Assembly (NCBI GenBank): GCA_022797145.1
Contig: JAAWKA010000001.1
Location: forward strand, 61,745-125,744
DNA: 64,000 bases
DNA from: Clostridia bacterium
GTDB taxonomy: Bacteria; Bacillota; Clostridia; TANB77; CAG-508
Direction of reading: 5' to 3'
Notes under the pieces: model-generated
Database searches by the model: none
Told to the model about the DNA's origin: nothing
Seen by the model: the letters and a program-made list of their open reading frames with translations, nothing else
Part shown: positions 47,310 to 56,498 of the stretch, in pieces
Layout of the letters: each line of letters opens with the position of its first letter
Position numbering within the stretch: position 1 is the first letter of the stretch
Program-made: the position numbers and the translations under genes

Positions 47310-48248
47310 TTAGTTAATTGCAAAATTTATTCCTCTTGCTACTATATTTGCCATATTTTGTATTAAATCATCTATTTCTTTTGGTGTAACTATAAAATTA
47401 TAGTCTTCTGGCATTAATATTTCTTTTATCATTTCATATTTATCTTCTTCTTGTAATTTATTCAAATATTGATTAGATTCTGCATTTTCTTGTAGTTTTT
47501 CTATAAATAAATCCAAACTATCTGCTGCTATTGTAGCTGCTTCTACAACTGTTGGTACCCCTATTGCAATTACTGGTACTCCTAAAGTTTCTATATTTAA
47601 ATCTTTTCTTTTATTCCCTACTCCTGCTCCTGGAGTTATTCCTGTATCTGCAAGTTGAATTGTACTACTTATTCTTTGTATACTTCTTGATGCTAAAGCA
47701 TCTATTACTATTACCAGTTTAGGTTTTACATTATCTACAATTCCTTTTAAAATTTCTAAAGTTTCTATCCCTGTAGTTCCTAATACCCCTGGTGAAATTA
47801 CACTTACTGGTCTCGTTTCTGGCGATAAATATTCTGGCATATATTCTAATATATGTCTTGTTATATCAATATCTTTCACCACTTTAGGTCCTAACGAATC
47901 TGGTGTTACATAAATATTTCCTAGTCCTACTACTAGTATTGTATCTTTTGGATTCGAATGTTTATTCACAAGTTCTTTTAATTCCTTTGTTAGTGCTTCT
48001 GATGAGTGTTGTATGTCATCTTCTGTTGCTATTTTTAATTTTTTTATATCTATTGTTATATAATTCCCTATCGGTTTTCCTATTGCCTTTTCTCCCTCTT
48101 CATTTATTACTTTCACTCTTGAAGTTGTTATTTTATCGCTTATTTGCTCCTCCTGTGTCTCAATTCCATCAATTTCTTTATCCAGTTTATTTGCTTTTTT
48201 ATATAAGTCCCTTCTTTCTAGTGCTAAGTCTGTTCTAAAATTATACAT
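47310..48248 (-). CDS. gpr: germination protease (GPR endopeptidase)
   Basis: Start moved to the ATG at 48248 after AAGAGGTG. Motifs MYNFRTDLALE..., VGLGN...TPDSLGP and VIVIDALA. Confidence 0.85.
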   Translation of the reverse strand: MYNFRTDLALERRDLYKKANKLDKEIDGIETQEEQISDKITTSRVKVINEEGEKAIGKPIGNYITIDIKKLKIATEDDIQHSSEALTKELKELVNKHSNPKDTILVVGLGNIYVTPDSLGPKVVKDIDITRHILEYMPEYLSPETRPVSVISPGVLGTTGIETLEILKGIVDNVKPKLVIVIDALASRSIQRISSTIQLADTGITPGAGVGNKRKDLNIETLGVPVIAIGVPTVVEAATIAADSLDLFIEKLQENAESNQYLNKLQEEDKYEMIKEILMPEDYNFIVTPKEIDDLIQNMANIVARGINFAIN

Positions 48249-48313
48249 AAAAAACACCTCTTTCTTCATTTTATTGTTTGAAAAAAAAGATGTTTTTATT
48301 CATATATTTAAAT

Positions 48314-49339
48314 TTAAGAACAATATGTACACAATATTGCTTCTAATCCTATATTAATATCAATTAATCCAGTTTTATATTTATAATCTAAATCTATTAA
48401 CTTTTCTAAAATCTCCTTTAATTCTTTTTCTTTGAATTGTTCTGCTTGTATTTTATATTTTGTTATTAAAAACAGTTGATTTGGTTTTAATTCTAAAGTT
48501 TGTACTATATTTTTATTGTATTTTATTGAAAGTTTGGTAATATAAAGTTTTTTAAAATGATTGTACAATGTAATTAAAACTTTTTGTATCGGTTCCTTTG
48601 CATATAGTAGGTTGTTTAATACTAACATTGCTTGTTTTATATCTCTTTTTCCTAAATTATCTGTTAGATCAAATATTACCCCCTCCAAATGTTTTGTTAC
48701 AAGAATATCTATTGTCTGATTCGTAATTATTCCTCTTTCTCCTACATATTCTATTTGCTTTCTAATTTCATTTATTACATCTTGCATATTGGTTCCAACA
48801 TTTTCTATGAAATATTTTAATGTATTATCTTCAGCAGTAACTTTATATGCTTTACATATTGATTTTAGTCTTGATAAAATAGTACTTATCTTTTGATATT
48901 CAAATTTACAAATAATTGCCCCTAATTCTTCTAACGCTGTTAGCATTTTTCCTTTATCTACGGTCTCTTCTATAAACACCATTATAACATCAACTTTCAT
49001 TACTTCCTTGTTGTTTTGTAAATATTTAATTATTTTATCTTTTTCTTCTGATACTTTTATACTTTTTTTCTTAACTTCTCTTTTAAATATATTGGTATTT
49101 TTAATAATTATAAGCTTTTTTTCAAAACCAAATGCTGGTGTTTCAATATTAGGTATTAGTTGCTCTATATTATCTTCATCTATTTCAAGATAATTTATTC
49201 CTTTTATAATTTGACCAAACTTATTTTTAATTTTTTTTACTATAGTTTCCAAAAGGTATCTTTCTTCTCCATATAGTAAATATATATTATTTAATTCATT
49301 ATCCTTTAATTTTTTTTCTAAATTTTCTATTGTTATCAA
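48314..49339 (-). CDS. holA: DNA polymerase III delta subunit
   Basis: Start moved to the TTG at 49339 (AGAGG SD), which removes the overlap with ruvC. The N-terminus IYLLYGEERYLLE and the overall length fit HolA. Confidence 0.7.
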   Translation of the reverse strand: MITIENLEKKLKDNELNNIYLLYGEERYLLETIVKKIKNKFGQIIKGINYLEIDEDNIEQLIPNIETPAFGFEKKLIIIKNTNIFKREVKKKSIKVSEEKDKIIKYLQNNKEVMKVDVIMVFIEETVDKGKMLTALEELGAIICKFEYQKISTILSRLKSICKAYKVTAEDNTLKYFIENVGTNMQDVINEIRKQIEYVGERGIITNQTIDILVTKHLEGVIFDLTDNLGKRDIKQAMLVLNNLLYAKEPIQKVLITLYNHFKKLYITKLSIKYNKNIVQTLELKPNQLFLITKYKIQAEQFKEKELKEILEKLIDLDYKYKTGLIDINIGLEAILCTYCS

Positions 49340-49350
49340 TTTTTCTACCT

Positions 49351-49836
49351 CTATAGTTTTTCTGAAAATTTGGCAGAATGGGCATGACAAATAGCTGCCG
49401 CCATACTATCTGTTGTATCATCTAATTTAGGAAGATTTTCTACCTTCAATATTGTTTTTACCATTTTTTGAACTTGTACCTTATCTGCTCTTCCGTATCC
49501 CACCACAGCTTGCTTTATTTGCAAAGGTGTATATTCATATGTTGGAATATTTTTTCTACATCCAACTACTAATATTACCCCTCTTGCTTGTGCTACATTT
49601 ATTGCTGTTTTAGCATTATTATTAAAAAATAATTCTTCTACAGATATAGCATCAGGTTTATAGGTATCAACTATTTCTTCTAATTCATTATTTAATTTTA
49701 ATAATCTTATTGGGAATGACTCCCCTGCTTTTGTAAGTATAGCTCCTGATGTTACTAATCTAAATTTATTTCCTATATAATCTATAATACTATATCCTGT
49801 TATTGCAAATCCAGGATCTATTCCTAGTATACGCAT
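49351..49836 (-). CDS. ruvC: crossover junction endodeoxyribonuclease RuvC
   Basis: MRILGIDPGFAITGYSII, ISVEELFF, and the C-terminal acidic motif DDTTDSMAAAICHA. Confidence 0.9.
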   Translation of the reverse strand: MRILGIDPGFAITGYSIIDYIGNKFRLVTSGAILTKAGESFPIRLLKLNNELEEIVDTYKPDAISVEELFFNNNAKTAINVAQARGVILVVGCRKNIPTYEYTPLQIKQAVVGYGRADKVQVQKMVKTILKVENLPKLDDTTDSMAAAICHAHSAKFSEKL

Positions 49837-49853
49837 TTTTTCTCCTTTATTTG

Positions 49854-51893
49854 TTACATATTTTTAAACATAATCTTAAATACCTCTGATATGCTCCAGG
49901 CTTGTGCTAAAGCACCTTTTGGTAAATATGGTGGTTTTGAATCATATAATTCTGATATACTTCCTACTATTCCTTCTTCATAAAATGCTTTTACAAACGT
50001 TTTACTAATTGCTTCTTTAAAATTTTGATACATTTTTTCTAATTCCTGTTTTTTTATTTTTGCTTTTTGTGCTGAAATTATATTTAAAAATGCATCATTG
50101 TATAATCCTAATAACCATGGCCAAGTAATTCCTTGATGATAACTCATATCTCTTTTAAATGCATCTCCTTCATAAGTTTCTACATAATTTTTACTACCTT
50201 TTGCTAAAGTCTTTAATCCATATTTATTTAGCAATTTCTTTGTTACTGTATTAAACATTTCATTTGCCATTTCTGAGTCTGGTTCTATAACTGGATATGT
50301 TAATGCTATGCTAAATAATTGATTTGGTCTTATTTCATTATTATCTAAAACATCATATAAACATTTTTTTGAAGGATTATAAAATTTCTTATTAAATGCT
50401 TCTTTACATTTTTTTGCAAGATTTGCATATTCCTTTGTTCCTTTTGTTCCTTCATATTCTTTTTCTAGTTCTTCTATTATTTTTAATGCATTATACCATA
50501 ATGCATTTATTTCTACTGCTTTTCCATTTCTTGGTGTTACTGGAAAATCTCCATATTTGGCATCCATCCATGTGTTTTGAGTTTTATCTGTTCCAGCAAC
50601 TATTAAAAAATCTTTATCTAAATAAATATTATTATCATCTATATCTATTCCATTTTTATATGCTTCTATAATGTTTAATAATATTGGATACAAATTTTCT
50701 TTTATAAAGTCATAATCTTTAGTATATTTTATATATTTTTTTACTTGTTCAAATAATAGTAAAGATGCATCTACACTATTATATAATGGTCTATTATCAA
50801 ATCCTGAATATCCATTTGGTACCAATCCAAATTTTATATTTTTCGCAAATGTCATTAATACTTCTTTAGCAATTTCAAATCTTTTGGGAATTAATAATAA
50901 TCCTTCAAAAGAAATTAATGCATCTCTCCCCCAATCTAAAAACCAATGATATCCTGCTATTAATGTATGTAATCCAAATGATGGTCTATATGCTACAAAA
51001 TTATCTGTTGCAATGATGTAATCTTTTATTAATTCTCTATATTTTTTCTCTTTTTTAGTCTCTCCTTCTTTAAAATTTCCAATTAGGTTTGATTTTAGCA
51101 TTAATTCATTTATTCTTGTAATTTCATTATTTATTACTTGTTTTGCATTTATTTCTTCTATATTTTCATCTAGTGAACATATGAAAGATATTTCCTTTTC
51201 TTCTTTTGGTTTTATATATATTTCATATCTCCCTATTACTGAATGATCTTCCTCTGGATAAAATCCTCTTTTTTCTTCTTCTATATAATACATATTTTTA
51301 AATATATCATTTTTATGTTCTATATAATTTCCTTCACTAATATTAAAATAAATAGGATGTTCTGAATTTCCATCTACTATTACTTTTAATTTTGTATTTT
51401 TTATTTCTTGTTTTAAATTATAGGTATGATTTATATTCATTTGGTGAAAATCTCTAAAATTAACAACAGGTGCTAATGTAAATTTTGCTCCAGTATCCCC
51501 ATTTTTTATTTTATATAAAATACATACTGTATTTTCCATATGCTTCATGCAAATTAATTTTTTTATTTTCAACTCTCCTATATTATATGTAAAAATTGGA
51601 ATATAATCTTTTTCAAATTCTTCCTGATATTTGTATCCTTCTGAAATATAGTTATTACTCATATTAGTATATAAATCATATTTTTTATTTTCAATTTCTA
51701 TACTTTCATCTATTTTTGACAACACTAAAAATCTTCTTGCTGGTGGAGTAAGTGGAGCTATTAATAAACCATGATATTTTCTTGTATTGCAATTTATTAA
51801 TGTTGAAGATGCATATCCTCCTATTCCATTTGTTATTAACCACTCTCTTTTTAAACCTTCCTCTAAATCTAAATACTTTTTACCATATTTCAT
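49854..51893 (-). CDS. glycogen debranching enzyme family protein (amylo-alpha-1,6-glucosidase domain)
   Basis: Start moved to the ATG at 51893 after AGGAGG. REWLITNGIGGYASSTL...RKYHGLL N-domain and WFLDWGRDALISFEGLL catalytic-domain pattern. Confidence 0.8.
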   Translation of the reverse strand: MKYGKKYLDLEEGLKREWLITNGIGGYASSTLINCNTRKYHGLLIAPLTPPARRFLVLSKIDESIEIENKKYDLYTNMSNNYISEGYKYQEEFEKDYIPIFTYNIGELKIKKLICMKHMENTVCILYKIKNGDTGAKFTLAPVVNFRDFHQMNINHTYNLKQEIKNTKLKVIVDGNSEHPIYFNISEGNYIEHKNDIFKNMYYIEEEKRGFYPEEDHSVIGRYEIYIKPKEEKEISFICSLDENIEEINAKQVINNEITRINELMLKSNLIGNFKEGETKKEKKYRELIKDYIIATDNFVAYRPSFGLHTLIAGYHWFLDWGRDALISFEGLLLIPKRFEIAKEVLMTFAKNIKFGLVPNGYSGFDNRPLYNSVDASLLLFEQVKKYIKYTKDYDFIKENLYPILLNIIEAYKNGIDIDDNNIYLDKDFLIVAGTDKTQNTWMDAKYGDFPVTPRNGKAVEINALWYNALKIIEELEKEYEGTKGTKEYANLAKKCKEAFNKKFYNPSKKCLYDVLDNNEIRPNQLFSIALTYPVIEPDSEMANEMFNTVTKKLLNKYGLKTLAKGSKNYVETYEGDAFKRDMSYHQGITWPWLLGLYNDAFLNIISAQKAKIKKQELEKMYQNFKEAISKTFVKAFYEEGIVGSISELYDSKPPYLPKGALAQAWSISEVFKIMFKNM

Positions 51894-51918
51894 TAGTATT
51901 CCTCCTAAATTTTCTTCT

Positions 51919-53433
51919 TTAGTCTTTATTATTCCATTCCATTTTACTTCTATTTTCAATTCTTCTTTCTTCACTTGTTTGAATTGATTCTATCCTATCT
52001 TTATATTTTAAATTAAACTTGCTTTCTTTTTTCTCTTCTTTGTCATGTTTACTATTTTGTTTTACTTTAAAAATAGGTTGTAGGTTTTTCTTTTTCATCT
52101 TCTCTTCTTTTAGTCTAGTTTTTAGCATTATATATTGTGGGTCATTTTGTTTATCTTTAAATTTTAAATCATCACATATTATTTGTGTAATAGCCTCTGC
52201 AACTGCTTTTGGATTATGTCTAATACTTTCCTGTGTTATTATTGATAGATTTTCTTTTAATAATTTTATTCCCTTATCCCTACATTTTTGAGCATCTTGC
52301 TCTACTAAATCTTGACCATTTTTATTGTATCTTCTAACATATTCTGGTATAACTTCTCCAGTATCATAAATGCAATAGTCTATGATATTTTCTCCTGCAT
52401 GATCTATTATTGCTTGTATATGATCTGATACTGAATAGTTATCTGTTTGTCCTTGTTCTGTCATAATATTACTTATATATATCTTTATAGCTTTACTGTC
52501 TTTTATAGTTTTTGATACATTTTTAACTAATAAATTTGGTATAACATTTGTATATAAGCTTCCTGGTCCTAATATAATAGCTTCTGCATCTTTTATTGCT
52601 TCTAAAACTCCTGGTGCTGGTATGCAGTTAGATGGATTTATGTAAATTCTATTTATTTTTGTCACTTTTTCATATACCATTTCTGCAATTTTTTCTTTTT
52701 CTTCTACTACCATCCCGTTTTCAAGTTCAGCACAAATTTTGAATTCGTCTAGTGTTACTGGTAATACTTTTCCTATCATATTTAATATATTAGAACTTTT
52801 TTCTACTGCATTTGTAAAATCTCCATATAATTTTTTTATTGCATATAAATATAATTCACTAAATGTTAAGTCTCCAAGCTGATTATTGGTTAATTTTAAG
52901 TTCATAAGTCCTTCCATTATTTCTTCATTATATGATAATGCTACAATAGAATCTCTGATATCTTCTATTGGTAATAAATTTAATTGTCTTCTTGCTTGTG
53001 ATGGATCTTTTCCATAATCTGATACAGTTACAATTGCTGTAATATTACTTGTATAATTTTTAAGTCCTTTAAGTACTGTATTTATTCCTTGCCCTCCACC
53101 AATTACTACAACTTTTGGTCCTTTATCATATACTTTTTTATTAAATATAAGTGATTTTATATTAATATCTCTTCTACCTTTTTCTAAACGCATATCACTT
53201 GCTTCTATTAGCATTTCCAATGTTCTTTTTTGTGCATATACAATTCCTATAACTGTTATGGTGAACCCTAGTACAAATAAAACTACTATTTTAGCTATAT
53301 CCATAATCTCCATTTCTTTTTTTGTTAGTATTGTAGCTATTCCATAGCACACAAAAACCATTCCTACTAATACTAAACATAACCATCTTTTCATTTTTGT
53401 ATTTGATTTAAACCATGTAAAAAAACCTTTCAT
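51919..53433 (-). CDS. YvcK/CofD-family (UPF0052, gluconeogenesis factor-like) protein with N-terminal TM segments and charged C-terminal extension
   Basis: Core VVVIGGGQGINTVLKGLK...VSDYG...GPGSLYTNVIPNLL. About 90 N-terminal residues hold two hydrophobic helices, and ~100 C-terminal residues are K/E-rich. Confidence 0.75.
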   Translation of the reverse strand: MKGFFTWFKSNTKMKRWLCLVLVGMVFVCYGIATILTKKEMEIMDIAKIVVLFVLGFTITVIGIVYAQKRTLEMLIEASDMRLEKGRRDINIKSLIFNKKVYDKGPKVVVIGGGQGINTVLKGLKNYTSNITAIVTVSDYGKDPSQARRQLNLLPIEDIRDSIVALSYNEEIMEGLMNLKLTNNQLGDLTFSELYLYAIKKLYGDFTNAVEKSSNILNMIGKVLPVTLDEFKICAELENGMVVEEKEKIAEMVYEKVTKINRIYINPSNCIPAPGVLEAIKDAEAIILGPGSLYTNVIPNLLVKNVSKTIKDSKAIKIYISNIMTEQGQTDNYSVSDHIQAIIDHAGENIIDYCIYDTGEVIPEYVRRYNKNGQDLVEQDAQKCRDKGIKLLKENLSIITQESIRHNPKAVAEAITQIICDDLKFKDKQNDPQYIMLKTRLKEEKMKKKNLQPIFKVKQNSKHDKEEKKESKFNLKYKDRIESIQTSEERRIENRSKMEWNNKD

Positions 53434-53441
53434 ATCTTCTC

Positions 53442-54359
53442 CTATTCTCCTATTATTTCTATTTCCAAATCTATATTTTTTCTAAATTTTTCATACACTT
53501 TATTTTTCACATATTTTATTAGTTCTAATACTTCTTGTGCTGTTGCATTTCCTGTATTTACAATAAAACCTGCATGTATGTCTGAGACTTGTGCTCCTCC
53601 AATACTGTATCCTTTTAATCCTGCTTCATCTATTAATTTTGCTGTTATAAAATCATTTCCTCTTTTAAATGTACTACCTGCACTTGGATATTTTATAGGT
53701 TGTTTTTGTTTCCTATATTTAAAATATTCATCCATTTTTTCTTTTATTTCAATTTTATTTTTGTATATCATAGATAGTGTTGTATCTAATATTATATATG
53801 GTGTTTTTGCAAAAATACTTTTTCTATAACTAAATTCTTGCTCCTCATTTGGTATTTCATATATATTTGACTGTAAGTCCATATATGTTGTTTTTACTAC
53901 TATATCTTTCATTTCACTTCCATGTGCTCCTGCATTCATTCTTACTGCCCCACCTATTGTTCCAGGTATTCCTGCCGCAAATTCAAATCCTGAAATACCT
54001 TCTTTTAAAAGCTCTGCCGCAAGTAATGATAATTTTACTCCTGATTGTACTTTTATAATTGCTACATCTTCTTTTTTTGTAATCTGTATTCCATCCATTT
54101 GTATTTTTAATACAAGTCCTCTTATTCCTTTATCTTTTACTAATAAATTACTTCCATTCCCAATTATATATATTGGTACATCATTTTGTTTTGCTATTTT
54201 TATTGCTGATTGAAGTTCTTCTTTTTTATTTATTTTTACTAAAAAATCTGCCTTTCCACCAATTTTAAAAGAAGTATGCTTATGCATAGGTTCATCTTTA
54301 AGTATTTGAGATGAATCTATATTTTGTAATAGGCTGTTATAAAAATTATCCTTTTCCAT
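53442..54359 (-). CDS. murB: UDP-N-acetylenolpyruvoylglucosamine reductase
   Basis: Start moved to the ATG at 54359 after AAAGGAGAG. Motifs HTSFKIGGKADF, IIGNGSNLL, AGIPGTIGGAVRMNAGAHG and PSAGSTFK. Confidence 0.9.
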   Translation of the reverse strand: MEKDNFYNSLLQNIDSSQILKDEPMHKHTSFKIGGKADFLVKINKKEELQSAIKIAKQNDVPIYIIGNGSNLLVKDKGIRGLVLKIQMDGIQITKKEDVAIIKVQSGVKLSLLAAELLKEGISGFEFAAGIPGTIGGAVRMNAGAHGSEMKDIVVKTTYMDLQSNIYEIPNEEQEFSYRKSIFAKTPYIILDTTLSMIYKNKIEIKEKMDEYFKYRKQKQPIKYPSAGSTFKRGNDFITAKLIDEAGLKGYSIGGAQVSDIHAGFIVNTGNATAQEVLELIKYVKNKVYEKFRKNIDLEIEIIGE

Positions 54360-54375
54360 ATACTCTCCTTTACTT

Positions 54376-54846
54376 TTAAACAAAACTATTCGCTTTTGTA
54401 TATAAAGGTTTATTATCACTTGTTCTCTTTACTGTTATATTTATAACTTCTCCTGAAATATAATTAACAATATATTCATCTGTTATATTGTCTATCTTCA
54501 TATGTTTTAATGCTGCCATATCTAATCTATAATATTCTTTATTGCTATAATTATCTGGTATATCTACAAGATTTATTCCTAAATTTGTTGCAATATCTTG
54601 TACTTCTTGCAAATTACATTTTATTCCTAATAAGTTTGAATTATCTTTTGTTAATTTGTATTTTGAATATTGTTGTAAAATAGCTTGTTGTATAACCTCT
54701 AAGTCTGAAATTAATTTAGAATCACTTGCTTTTTGGGTTAAATTTGTTGATACTGTTATTGCTATTGCTGATAAAATTCCCATTATTACTATTGTTATTA
54801 TTAATGATACTAAAGTTATTCCATTTTTTTGTTTGATATTTATCAT
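54376..54846 (-). CDS. type IV pilin/pseudopilin-like protein (prepilin-type N-terminal hydrophobic segment)
   Basis: The N-terminus KQKNGITLVSLIITIVIMGILSAIAI resembles the prepilin cleavage/methylation motif, but Ser replaces the usual Glu at +5. Confidence 0.55.
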   Translation of the reverse strand: MINIKQKNGITLVSLIITIVIMGILSAIAITVSTNLTQKASDSKLISDLEVIQQAILQQYSKYKLTKDNSNLLGIKCNLQEVQDIATNLGINLVDIPDNYSNKEYYRLDMAALKHMKIDNITDEYIVNYISGEVINITVKRTSDNKPLYTKANSFV

Positions 54847-55005
54847 TATTTCTCCTTTGTTTTAAAAAATTATAAATAAATCTTATCATTTTTCAATTTA
54901 ATTTACAACCTAAATTTATAATTTTACTATAAGATTTTTTTATTATCTATAAATTTGAATATAATCAATATTATATGGGTATAATTTTTATAAATGTTTA
55001 TATAT

Positions 55006-55081
55006 TCCTCTTTAGCTCAGTTGGTAGAGCGCTCGGCTGTTAACCGATAGGTCGTTGGTTCGAGTCCAACAAGAGGAGCCA
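55006..55081 (+). tRNA. tRNA-Asn (anticodon GUU)
   Basis: Acceptor tcctctt/aagagga, anticodon loop cuGUUaa, T-arm gttgg-ttcgagt-ccaac, encoded CCA. Confidence 0.9.
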
Positions 55082-55688
55082 AAAATAAAGAAATTTCTAA
55101 AACTTTATATATAGTTATCTCTTTATTTTCCCATATTTCTATCTTATCTACTAAAGATACAAGCATTATTCTTGTTATTTCTTTCATATTAACGAAGTCA
55201 TTAACAAGTTTATTAATGTTTATTGATGAATCTTCTTTTTCTTCTAGTTCTTGCAACTGCTTTATTCTTTCTTCTGCTTGTTTTCTATTTTCTATCTGCT
55301 TTGAATAAAGTCTTGTAAAATCTTCATCTTCAAATAGCCCATTGTATTTATCCTCATATAACTTGTCTATTCGCTTGTTTATATCTTCAACTTTCTTTTC
55401 TAAAATAAGAATTTCATTTTTTATATTAAACCTATCTTTGATTATCTTGTCTTTTGACGTATTGGCTATTTTAGTGTATTTTCCCTCATTTAAAAACTCG
55501 CTACATCTTTTCTTAATTTGTTCAATTACAAAATCTGTTACTTTTTCTAGATTGTTGCTATGCAGTATGCATAATCCTAATTGTGTGTTACTTGCATAAG
55601 TATTGTAGCTTAAATAAAATGTTATTTTGTTTGGATATTTTTGTGGTACTAGACTTAATTTATTTGATAAAAAATGGGGAAATTGCAT
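55082..55688 (-). pseudogene. C-terminal remnant of a large serine recombinase (catalytic domain missing, native stop lost)
   Basis: KDRFNIKNEILILEKKVEDINKRIDKLYEDKYNGLFEDEDFTRLYSKQIENRKQAEERIKQL...ITRIMLVSLVDKIEIWENKEITIYKV matches the coiled-coil and C-terminal pattern of large serine recombinases. The ORF then reads straight into the tRNA-Asn sequence. Confidence 0.6.
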
Positions 55689-56156
55689 ATATACTATAAA
55701 AATGATTTTATTATGCCAAATAGTTGTTCAAAGAAATATCAAAAATTTTGTAATAAAAACGAATATAATATACTAGAATCTTTACATACTAAAAATATAT
55801 TTCTTTCAATGAGTGATACCCCTAAAAGTAACGATTTATCAAGTATTTGTTATGCTGTACTTGATTAACTTTCTAAAACACTTAATTATCTAATTGTGGA
55901 ATGTATTTTATACCAACATCAAAAGTAGATGAAATTTATTGCAATTACCCAAAATGAAACTCAAAAACTTATAGAGGTTTAGGGACTTTTCAATCTTATA
56001 CTGAAAGATTAAAGCAATATAAGACTATGAGTGAATATAGAAGAACTTATCAGCAAAAATTTATGCAAGTTAGAAAAGATATGGAAACTAAGAAACTTTC
56101 TAAAGATTTTGAAACTTGGAAAAAACTTCACGTCATATAATTATCTAATTTAAAAT

Positions 56157-56185
56157 TTGACAAATAAAATTTATCTGTGTATAAT
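56157..56185 (+). promoter_or_regulatory. consensus sigma-A promoter TTGACA-17 nt-TATAAT
   Basis: -35 at 56157-56162 and -10 at 56180-56185. No protein-coding ORF lies downstream. Confidence 0.6.
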
Positions 56186-56191
56186 ATTAAT

Positions 56192-56280
56192 AGGAAATGA
56201 AACACAGAAATGTGTTGTCACTATAAATTGCTTAAGGCACTACATTGTCTGCTAAAACAAAATGTAGTGTCTTTATTTAT
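56192..56280 (+). ncRNA. candidate ~90-nt antisense sRNA (type I antitoxin candidate)
   Basis: Runs from the predicted TSS, 7 nt after the -10, to an intrinsic terminator (11-bp stem 56236-56271 plus tttattt). Its 3' part is complementary to the 3' end of the convergent peptide mRNA. Confidence 0.5.
56236..56271. terminator. hairpin shared by the convergent sRNA and peptide gene
   Basis: ggcactacatt-(14 nt)-aatgtagtgtc, with 11 pairs including one G-U. The U-tract on the plus strand overlaps the peptide stop codon at 56277-56279. Confidence 0.6.
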
Positions 56281-56381
56281 TCCTTATTTGTCCAAAGTAT
56301 GTATATAACTGTTAATAAGGCTACGTTTATAGTTATTGAAATCATAAATCCTATTATTAGGAATAGTAAAAAATCTACCAT
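56277..56381 (-). CDS. 34-aa hydrophobic peptide, candidate type I toxin
   Basis: Not in the ORF track. ATG at 56381 is preceded by GTGAGGTGG SD. Translation is MVDFLLFLIIGFMISITINVALLTVIYILWTNKE: one TM helix with a short polar tail. Confidence 0.55.
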   Translation of the reverse strand: MVDFLLFLIIGFMISITINVALLTVIYILWTNKE

Positions 56382-56469
56382 AAACACCACCTCACTTTCC
56401 CATAGTTAGAAACTATGAAGTTCAGTGGCAACACTCACATCTGCTTTATTCTCATTTCCTATAAAAAAT

Positions 56470-56498
56470 ACTATACTACAAATGTTATTAAAAAACAA
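56470..56498 (-). promoter_or_regulatory. promoter candidate TTGTTT-17 nt-TATAGT for the peptide mRNA
   Basis: Read on the minus strand: -35 at 56498-56493 and -10 at 56475-56470. This predicts a leader of about 80 nt containing the hairpin catagtt-aga-aactatg (56401-56417) next to the SD. Confidence 0.4.

Noticed and set aside
54955-54985. TTGAAT ... TATAAT promoter candidate upstream of tRNA-Asn.
   Set aside because: The spacer is 19 nt, which is too long for a good sigma-A promoter. AT-rich sequence gives many such near-matches.
55017-55084. C-terminal end of ORF 55017-55688 (…LFLAPLVGLEPTTYRLTAERSTN).
   Set aside because: This part is the reverse complement of tRNA-Asn. Only the portion upstream of the tRNA is recombinase-derived, and the ORF is treated as a pseudogene remnant.
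56028-56140. 37-aa plus-strand ORF MSEYRRTYQQKFMQVRKDMETKKLSKDFETWKKLHVI.
   Set aside because: No Shine-Dalgarno sequence and no recognisable motif. It is probably a fragment of a decayed gene in the islet.
55883-56150. 13-bp direct repeat taattatctaatt at 55883-55895 and 56138-56150, considered as possible target-site duplication or att repeats.
   Set aside because: It is a low-complexity A/T-only 13-mer. My rough estimate of a chance match within a 1-kb AT-rich region is not negligible, and nothing mobile lies between the copies.
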